A stretch of 37,817 nucleotides of DNA from Deltaproteobacteria bacterium. Its GTDB lineage: Bacteria; Desulfobacterota; Anaeroferrophillalia; Anaeroferrophillales; Anaeroferrophillaceae. Below the pieces are notes generated by a model. It saw only the letters and a list, made by a program, of their open reading frames with translations. It had not been told where the DNA came from and did not search any database. The DNA lies in contig JAFDMG010000016.1 of the NCBI GenBank assembly GCA_019306045.1, positions 1-37,817 of the forward strand, written 5' to 3'. Both the position numbers and the translations under genes were made by a program. Below, one piece after another: positions 31,818 through 37,817 of the stretch (positions are counted from its first letter, which is position 1; each line of letters starts with the position of its first letter).

Positions 31818-33379
31818 TTAGCGTAGTCCACGGCCCGGGTTTCCCGGATCACCGTCACCCGGATCTGCCCCGGGTAGGTCAGTTCTTTCTCGATCTGCTT
31901 GGCAATGTCGCGGGAGAGGACGATGGCATCCTCGTCACTGATGGATTCGTGGTTGACAATCACCCGAATCTCCCGGCCGGCCTGAATGGCAAAGGTCTTG
32001 TCAACCCCTTTGAAGGCGTTGCCGATGTTTTCCAGGGCCTCCAACCGCTTGATGTAGGCATCCAGCATCTCTTTCCGGGCCCCGGGGCGGGCGCCGGAAA
32101 GGGCGTCGGCGGCCTGCACCAGCACGTCCAGCACCTGGTTGGGCTCCACGTCGCCGTGGTGGGCCTCGATGGCATGAACGATCTCCGGTGCTTCGCCGTA
32201 CCGGCGCGCCAGGTCGGCGCCGATGACCGCGTGGGAGCCCTCAACCTCGTGGTCCACCGCCTTGCCGATATCGTGGAGCAGGCCGGCCCGCCGGGCCAGC
32301 TTCATCGGCAGCTTCAGCTCGGCGGCCATGATGCCGCAGATGAACGCCACTTCAATGGAATGCTCGTAAATGTTCTGGGTGTAGCTGGTGCGGTACTTGA
32401 GCTTGCCGATCAGGCGGACCAGCTCGGGATGCATGCCGTGGAGATCAAGGTCGAAAATCGCCTTCTCGCCGGCTTCCTTGATCCCCTGCTCGATCTCCAC
32501 CTTGACCTTGGCCACCACCTCTTCCACGTGGGCCGGGTGGATGCGGCCGTCGGCGATCAGGCGGTTGAGACTCTGGCGGGCGACCTCCCGCCGCACCGGG
32601 TCAAAAGAGGAGATGATCACCGCTTCCGGGGTATCGTCGATGATCAGGTCGACGCCGGTGGCCGCTTCGATGGAACGGATGTTGCGGCCCTCCCGGCCAA
32701 TGATCCTGCCCTTCATCTCGTCGCCGGGAAGATTGACCACCGACACGGTCCGCTCGGTGGCATACTCGCCGGCATAACGCTGCACCGCCTGGCTGATGAT
32801 CTTCACCGCCCGCTTTTCCGCCATTTCGCTGGCCTCGTCCTCCACCTGCTTGATCCGCTTGGCGGCTTCGTGCTTGGCCTCGTCGACCATCATCTCGATC
32901 AGGGTGTCCTTGGCCTGTTGGGAAGTCATGCCGGCAATCTTTTCCAGCTTTTCCTTTTCCTGCCCCAGGAGGGTGTTGTATTCCTTCTCCTTGGCGGCGA
33001 TGTTTTTCTCCCGCTGGCTGAGGCTCTGTTCCCGCCGGTTAAACTCGGTTTCCTTCTTGTCGAGGTTTTCCGCCCGCCGGTCGAGGCTTTCCTCCTTGCT
33101 CAGCAGGCGCTTCTCCAGGGCAAGAATTTCCTTGCGGCGCTCGGCGGTTTCCTGTTCGAACTCGCTTTTGGCCTTGAAGATGATGTCCTTGGCCTGAAGC
33201 GTCGCCTCCTTTTTCAGCAGCTCGGCTTCCTTGTAGGACTCGGCAATAATTTTCTTGCCCTCGTTGGTCAGGCTCTCCAGCTCCCGTTCGGCAATCTTCT
33301 TGCGCAGCAGGTAACCCACCGCCAGGCCGACGACCATGGCCACCAGCACGGCAACGATTATGCTAACGTAGATACTCAT
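31814..33379 (-). CDS. rny: Ribonuclease Y
   Basis: 521 aa with an N-terminal TM helix, a coiled coil, a KH domain ([12 protein letters not shown]) and an HD domain ([13 protein letters not shown]). Confidence 0.95.
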   Translation of the reverse strand: MSIYVSIIVAVLVAMVVGLAVGYLLRKKIAERELESLTNEGKKIIAESYKEAELLKKEATLQAKDIIFKAKSEFEQETAERRKEILALEKRLLSKEESLDRRAENLDKKETEFNRREQSLSQREKNIAAKEKEYNTLLGQEKEKLEKIAGMTSQQAKDTLIEMMVDEAKHEAAKRIKQVEDEASEMAEKRAVKIISQAVQRYAGEYATERTVSVVNLPGDEMKGRIIGREGRNIRSIEAATGVDLIIDDTPEAVIISSFDPVRREVARQSLNRLIADGRIHPAHVEEVVAKVKVEIEQGIKEAGEKAIFDLDLHGMHPELVRLIGKLKYRTSYTQNIYEHSIEVAFICGIMAAELKLPMKLARRAGLLHDIGKAVDHEVEGSHAVIGADLARRYGEAPEIVHAIEAHHGDVEPNQVLDVLVQAADALSGARPGARKEMLDAYIKRLEALENIGNAFKGVDKTFAIQAGREIRVIVNHESISDEDAIVLSRDIAKQIEKELTYPGQIRVTVIRETRAVDYAK

Positions 33380-33954
33380 GACGCTTCCTTCCTTTCCGAC
33401 TCCCCGGCCGGGAGCCGATTATGTTAATGGCCGGCGGCGGGCACCCGGCAGCAACGAAAAAACTGCTGCCGTCACCGCCAGCCGCACGGACCAATGACTG
33501 CCAGTTTCCCGGCAGGGGGAAACAACCTGGCTCGACAACATGTGAGGTGGGATCGAATCGTGGCGGGAAGAAATTCAGCCGGCCGCCGGCAGACGGGAGA
33601 AAAGCAGGGGGGAAAGCATATTGGGAAACAACCAGGGGCGCTGCCGGCAACCGCATTCAGCAGCCGTCGCGTCCCCGGCTCAGGTTCAGCCGCTCAGGCT
33701 CCCGGCTGCCGGCCTGGCCGGAACCTGGAAGCCGGCGCCGCGGCCCCCGGCGACAAGTCCGCAACCGCGCCGCCGCCGCGAACGGCCCGCAGCCGCCGCG
33801 ACGGGGCACACCCAACCGGAATGCCGCCGTTCAACTGTCATTTCCCAATACTTTGCCCGAAACCAGCAAGCTGATCATCACAGCTCCCGGTATTGCACGA
33901 TCAGATCCTCACTATATTCAACTGCCCGCCCCCAAGGGCGGCAGATTAACAACG

Positions 33955-34140
33955 ATGACACGCCCCCATGATTACCGTGTAGCCGCTTCTTTTGAACCTT
34001 TGAATCCAGTTATGGCTGTTGTTCACCCCTTAAGGCTTCCCTGCAAGCAGGGCATGCACACCGGGATGAAGGGAACCGCCATTGGCAAAGGTGTTGGCTC
34101 AAAAAAAATTCACCTATCACGCGTACCACAGGGGCGGAGG
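33955..34140 (-). ncRNA. ssrS: Candidate 6S RNA (SsrS)
   Basis: It sits immediately downstream of zapA, the classical ssrS context. Hand folding of the minus-strand RNA gives a long imperfect closing helix: 5' CGCCCCUGUGGU pairs with 3' ACCAUGGGGGCG-type partner GUAAUCAUGGGGGCG, CGUG pairs with CACG, and UUUUUUUGAGCC pairs with GGUUCAAAAGAA. Between the arms are a central open region of roughly 15 nt per strand, an inner helix (GGCGGUUCCCUU / AAGGGGUGAAC..AGCC) and an apical CCCUG-CUUG-CAGGG hairpin. A GC hairpin follows at 33922-33944. The ends are approximate. Confidence 0.55.
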
Positions 34141-34150
34141 TCTCAGGTTT

Positions 34151-34420
34151 TCAGGGCGCGGAAAACAGGTTGTTCAACTGCTCCAGCCTGTCGGTCAGCG
34201 CCTCCAGCTCGTTCCTGGCCTGCAGATAATCGCTGGCCACGTTCATCAACGCCAGAACCATCAGGTTGACGGTGCTGACGGTGAGCATTTTCTGCTCTAT
34301 CTTGCTCAGCTGCTCGTTCACCAGCCGGGCGACTGAAAGAACATGTTCCTCATCGACGTCGGTCTTGATGGTATATTGCTGCCCTTTGATGTCAACGGTA
34401 ACACTTTTCTTCTCGCTCAT
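34151..34420 (-). CDS. zapA: Cell division protein ZapA
   Basis: 89 aa: VTVDIKGQQYTIKTDVDEEHVLSVARLVNEQL...LMVLALMNVASDYL, a typical ZapA pattern. Confidence 0.85.
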   Translation of the reverse strand: MSEKKSVTVDIKGQQYTIKTDVDEEHVLSVARLVNEQLSKIEQKMLTVSTVNLMVLALMNVASDYLQARNELEALTDRLEQLNNLFSAP

Positions 34421-34453
34421 GGGCAGAAATCCTCAAGGAACCCCGTCGCCTGG

Positions 34454-34744
34454 CTAATAGGTTTCTCCCCCCGCATCCGGCAACAGGCTGCTGCCGGCCG
34501 GCGGCGAGGCTTCCCGGGCGGCAAAATCAGCCAGTTTGCCCAGCAGGTCGTCAACCTTGTGCTCCACGCTGGCCAGCAGCTCTTCCCGGCTGCGAAGGGT
34601 GGTTTCCAGTTCCCGGACCCGGTCGCGGCAGCGCCCGACGGCTTCCTGCAATTCCCGGTTTTCCTGCTGCAGCCGCCCGTGGGCCTCCAGCAGGGCGGTC
34701 ACCTTTTCCGCCAGGACGTTCAGCTGTTCCATGCCATGGCTCAC
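34454..34744 (-). CDS. ZapB-like coiled-coil cell-division protein
   Basis: A 96-aa heptad-rich protein (LNVLAEKVTALLEAHGRLQQENRELQEAV...) directly upstream of zapA. Confidence 0.6.
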   Translation of the reverse strand: MSHGMEQLNVLAEKVTALLEAHGRLQQENRELQEAVGRCRDRVRELETTLRSREELLASVEHKVDDLLGKLADFAAREASPPAGSSLLPDAGGETY

Positions 34745-34764
34745 TGGTTTTCTCCTGCTCTCTC

Positions 34765-34959
34765 TTAAAAGTCCAGCTGGGCCTCGATCTCGGCAATCCG
34801 CCTGGTCAGCCGCTGGCGCTCATCGGGCGGCAAATCAGGCTGCTCAACCCGCTTGCACAACTGGTAGAGCTGCATCTCGAGGGAATACTCCCGGCAGCCG
34901 TATTTACGGCTGGGCTCCAACTGCCGGCTTTCCCCGGCGCTACAGTTTTCCCTCGTCAC
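34765..34959 (-). CDS. Hypothetical small protein (64 aa or shorter)
   Basis: An ORF preceding the zapB-like gene, with a helical C-terminal part (...PDERQRLTRRIAEIEAQLDF). No family was recognised and the start is uncertain. Confidence 0.3.
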   Translation of the reverse strand: MTRENCSAGESRQLEPSRKYGCREYSLEMQLYQLCKRVEQPDLPPDERQRLTRRIAEIEAQLDF

Positions 34960-35050
34960 TCCGCAGCCTTCTGCTCTAGTTTCTTAATCGGCCGGCAAGA
35001 AAAAAGTTTGAGTCTTCCCTCGCCGTTACCTGCCGGTATTTATGAAAATA

Positions 35051-35079
35051 ATTTAACATAGCCAATCGGCGGCTGTCAA
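35051..35079 (-). promoter_or_regulatory. Candidate sigma70-type promoter for the small-ORF/zapB/zapA/6S cluster
   Basis: On the minus strand: TTGACA (35079-35074), a 17-nt spacer, then TTAAAT (35056-51). The -35 element overlaps the stop codon of the radical-SAM gene. Pattern match only. Confidence 0.35.
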
Positions 35080-36077
35080 TATCTAACTGGCTCCGGCCGA
35101 GCGGCCACCGGCGGCGGGGACGCGCTCCCCGCCGGGTGTTTCTTCCCCTGCCAGGTATCGGCGGCCGCCAGGTAGTCCGCCAGCTGCTGCAGCACCTGCA
35201 GCTTGTTCCGGGCCCAGTCCGGCGCCCGGAAGATGTCGCGGTAGCCTTCGGCGGTCAGCCGCTGGACCACCACTGCCGGCGGCAGCCGCTCCAGGAAGGC
35301 AGCCACCAGGCGGACATACTCCTCCCGGTCCAGCAGGGGGAAAGGTTGTCGCCGGTATTCCTCGTACAGCGGCGTCCCTTCCAGGAGCAGCAAGGTATGG
35401 ATCTTGATCCCCTGGAGCGGCAGGGAGGCGACATAGGCGGCGGTCTCCAGCATCATGGCCGGCGTTTCCCCCGGCAGGCCAAGGATGACGTGAACGCAGA
35501 GCTTGATGCCGCTGCCGCGCAGCAGCTCCACGGCGGCGGCAAAGCATTCCAGGTCGTGGCCCCGGTTGAGCCGGGCCAAGGTGGCGGCATGGATGGATTG
35601 CAACCCGTACTCGAGCCATACCTCGCCGTCGGCGGCGTAGGCTGACAGCAGGTCCACCACCCGCCGGTCGACGGCATCGGGACGGGTGCCGATCGCCAGG
35701 CCGACGACGTCAGGCACCGCCAGGGCCTCGTCGTAAAGGGCCCGCAGTCGGGCCACCGGCGCGTAGGTGTTGGTAAAAGTCTGGAAATAGGCAATGAACT
35801 TGCTGGCCTTGCGCAGTCGCCGGTAGAGCCGTTTGCCGTCTTCCAGCTGGCGGGTAATCGAGGGCAGCGGTCCTTGCCGCCGCAGGGCCGAGCCCCGGCC
35901 GTCGCAGTAGCTGCAGCCGCCGGTGGCTACCCGGCCGTCCCGGTTGGGACAGGTGAAGCCGGCATCGAGGGAAATCTTGTAAACCCGGGTGCCGAAACGG
36001 TTGTGAAAATAGCTTTTCAGGTCATAGTAGCGCTTGCCGGCAACCCAGAGGGGATGAAACAGCGGCGTTTTTTTCAT
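35076..36077 (-). CDS. TIGR01212-family radical SAM protein
   Basis: From MKKTPLFHPL...: ...DAGFTCPNRDGRVATGGCSYCD..., followed by ...IAYFQTFTNTY... and ...WLEYGLQSIH.... The start at 36077 forms an ATGA overlap with the upstream PBP stop. The ORF-track N-terminal extension to 36305 is Arg/Gly/Pro-rich and was rejected. Confidence 0.85.
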   Translation of the reverse strand: MKKTPLFHPLWVAGKRYYDLKSYFHNRFGTRVYKISLDAGFTCPNRDGRVATGGCSYCDGRGSALRRQGPLPSITRQLEDGKRLYRRLRKASKFIAYFQTFTNTYAPVARLRALYDEALAVPDVVGLAIGTRPDAVDRRVVDLLSAYAADGEVWLEYGLQSIHAATLARLNRGHDLECFAAAVELLRGSGIKLCVHVILGLPGETPAMMLETAAYVASLPLQGIKIHTLLLLEGTPLYEEYRRQPFPLLDREEYVRLVAAFLERLPPAVVVQRLTAEGYRDIFRAPDWARNKLQVLQQLADYLAAADTWQGKKHPAGSASPPPVAARPEPVRY

Positions 36078-37465
36078 CGGCCGGCAACCAGGCCGGCCAG
36101 CTGCCGCGGGCGGGAAGAGCGGATAACCTGCCGGATCATCTCCGCCGCCACGTAAGCGGAGCTGATGGTCCGCCGCTCGCCATGGACGAGCACCAGGGCC
36201 ACCGCCACCCGGCGCTCGCCGTGCCGGCCGTAGCCGGCGAACCATTCGCAGCGTCCCTCGCGCCCCGGCAGGTCGATGGAACCGGTTTTCCCTCCCAGTT
36301 CCCATTGACGCCAGCCCCGCACCCGGTGCAGGTGGGCAAAGGATTTGCGGGCCGTGCCGTAGCGGACCGTGGCCCGCATCAGGCGGCGCAGCTGTTGCAG
36401 GCTCCGGGCGCTCAGGGGCCGGGCCAAGACCTCGGGGTCCGGCTGCCGGTAGAGGGTCTTCCCCCCCTGGTCGGTCACCTGCCGCACCAGACGCGGCCGC
36501 ATCATCCGGCCGTCGGCGGCCGGCAGGGCAGCCACCAGGGCGGCGTGCAGGGGGGAAATGGTGGTGGCGGTGTTGAAACCGCAGGCCAGCTCGGCCCGGG
36601 CATAATCGTCCCGGGGCACCAGCAGGCGGCTGACCCCCACCGGCAGATCGAATTCCAGGGGGACGTTGAAAAGAAAGTTGCGGGCGGTCACGAAAAGGTC
36701 ACGCTCACTGAGCACCTTGATCCCTAGCTGGCCGAAAAAGGGATTGACGCTCAGGGAAAAGGCCTTTTCCAGCGATACCGGGCGGGAACGGAAACGGGGC
36801 TTTTTCAGGCCCAGCTGGTGTTTGTAGAGGGTGTGAAAGCGGCCGGAAACCGGCAGGGTGCGGGAGGCGGTATAGCCTTTTTTCTCCAGGGCGGCAGCGG
36901 CGGAAACGATCTTGATCAGCGAAGCGGCCGGAAAGCCGGCGTAGAGACAGAAATTGTCCCGCCCCCGGGCCAGCACCGGCGGCAGGGGCTGCTGCGGGTG
37001 CTGGTAGGAAGCCATGGCCAGCACGTCCCCGGTCTCGGGGTCGAGGACCACCCCGGCGCCCACCAGGGGCCGGTAGCGGCGCAGCAAAACGCTCAGCCGC
37101 TGCTGGACCGCCGGTTCGATGGTCAGGGAAACCTCGACCGGCTCGCCCCGGCAGTCGGCCGTAAACGCGGGCGGCACCTCCCGGCGGGTAAAAAAACCGG
37201 CGGGAAACAGGGTTGCCAGGCACAGATCAGCCGCGGCAGCCTGCTTCCCGTCGCCACCGCCGGCAACAGCGGGAACCACGGTCACCGATGCCGCCGATTT
37301 TTCCACCGTTGGCCGCAGCCAGGACCGGCCGAACAGCAGCACGGCAAAAAGCAGGAAAACAACCAGCAGGATCGACCGCCAAGGGAAAAAACGGCGGCCG
37401 TCCGGCAGGCCGGCACGGGAAAAACGGGATCGCAGAATGGTCAGATAGTTATTGTCAGCCGACAC
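36074..37465 (-). CDS. Penicillin-binding protein, transpeptidase-type (single N-terminal TM helix plus PBP transpeptidase domain)
   Basis: SxxK (ASLIK), SxN (SVN) and KTG (GKTGS) motifs in the correct order, with TM helix ILLVVFLLFAVLLF. The GTG at 37465 follows AGGAG and is preferred over the TTG at 37480. Confidence 0.8.
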   Translation of the reverse strand: MSADNNYLTILRSRFSRAGLPDGRRFFPWRSILLVVFLLFAVLLFGRSWLRPTVEKSAASVTVVPAVAGGGDGKQAAAADLCLATLFPAGFFTRREVPPAFTADCRGEPVEVSLTIEPAVQQRLSVLLRRYRPLVGAGVVLDPETGDVLAMASYQHPQQPLPPVLARGRDNFCLYAGFPAASLIKIVSAAAALEKKGYTASRTLPVSGRFHTLYKHQLGLKKPRFRSRPVSLEKAFSLSVNPFFGQLGIKVLSERDLFVTARNFLFNVPLEFDLPVGVSRLLVPRDDYARAELACGFNTATTISPLHAALVAALPAADGRMMRPRLVRQVTDQGGKTLYRQPDPEVLARPLSARSLQQLRRLMRATVRYGTARKSFAHLHRVRGWRQWELGGKTGSIDLPGREGRCEWFAGYGRHGERRVAVALVLVHGERRTISSAYVAAEMIRQVIRSSRPRQLAGLVAGR

Positions 37466-37725
37466 ACTTTCTCCTTGCAAGCAACTAACGGCAGCCCGGC
37501 CGGCGCGGGCCGGGGCGACTGCCCTGTATTTACACCGTCGCTTTTCTCCCTGTCAACGTTTTTGCCGGCCGCATCGTTGCACCGCCAAAAAAACTCCTTG
37601 CCAGCGGCAAAAAAATCAAGTTATAAAACCACGAAACCGGGCCACATTCCCGGCAACAGCGCCAGCCGGCAGCCAGAACAGTAAACTGGCGCGATTTTCC
37701 CCAAGGGCGCCATAGCGAGGCAGGC

Positions 37726-37817
37726 ATGGACAAGCTGAAAAAAGCCATTCGCGACATCCCCGACTTTCCCAAGGCCGGGATCATGTTCAAGGACATCACC
37801 ACCCTGCTGGCCGACGC
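37726..37817 (+). CDS. apt: Adenine phosphoribosyltransferase, 5' end only
   Basis: Hand translation gives [30 protein letters not shown], the canonical Apt N-terminus. It runs off the window. Confidence 0.85.
   Translation, partial: MDKLKKAIRDIPDFPKAGIMFKDITTLLAD

Noticed and set aside
33421-34269. 282-aa plus-strand ORF, with nested ORFs 33494..33874 and 33621..33971, spanning the rny-zapA interval.
   Set aside because: The translations are Arg/Pro/Gly/Ala-rich nonsense. The ORF overlaps the zapA 3' end and the 6S-like structure, and no start context or family resemblance was seen.
36078-36305. N-terminal 76-aa extension of the radical-SAM ORF, overlapping the PBP gene.
   Set aside because: The extension is Arg/Gly/Pro-rich and lies inside the PBP coding region in another frame. 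The conserved family sequence begins at MKKTPLF, with an ATGA coupling to the PBP stop.

Overview
High-GC bacterial chromosomal segment that is almost entirely core housekeeping. The gene content (zapB/zapA, rny-ymdB, a PEP-CTERM-style TPR lipoprotein) looks Desulfobacterota/deltaproteobacteria-like, but that taxonomic guess is inference only. Order, left to right: a partial Rossmann-fold gene, ispA, xseB, an M23 peptidase and xseA (all minus). Then mreB-mreC-mreD-mrdA-rodA-radA and a PgaB-C-terminal-like secreted protein (plus). Then rfaE-domain-II adenylyltransferase (minus), a REC+HD-GYP regulator (plus), an Isf-type iron-sulfur flavoprotein (minus), a macro-domain protein and uppP-dedA (plus). 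A roughly 2.1 kb low-GC block follows, carrying an MtfA-like peptidase, a second DedA and a permease fragment (minus). After it come pckA, a large TPR lipoprotein and dnaE (minus), then a dynamin-like GTPase coupled to an amidohydrolase (plus). The right end holds a small hypothetical gene, ymdB, rny, a candidate 6S RNA, zapA, a zapB-like gene, a small ORF, a TIGR01212 radical-SAM gene and a PBP transpeptidase (all minus), and the start of apt (plus). I found no CRISPR array, transposase, integrase, tRNA/rRNA or recognisable defence system. Three conserved genes are out of frame as assembled: ispA (a perfect 17-bp tandem duplication), mreC and the TPR lipoprotein. One ORF has no stop until it has run about 480 nt antisense into its neighbour. 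Other points worth a second look are the low-GC block bracketed by an imperfect ~35-bp direct repeat made of terminator hairpins, a dynamin-like GTPase translationally coupled to an amidohydrolase, a 6S-RNA-like structure downstream of zapA followed by about 0.5 kb of unexplained GC-rich non-coding DNA, and a uppP-dedA lipid-carrier pair. All calls come from reading the ORF track and sequence by eye. No searches or folding programs were run.
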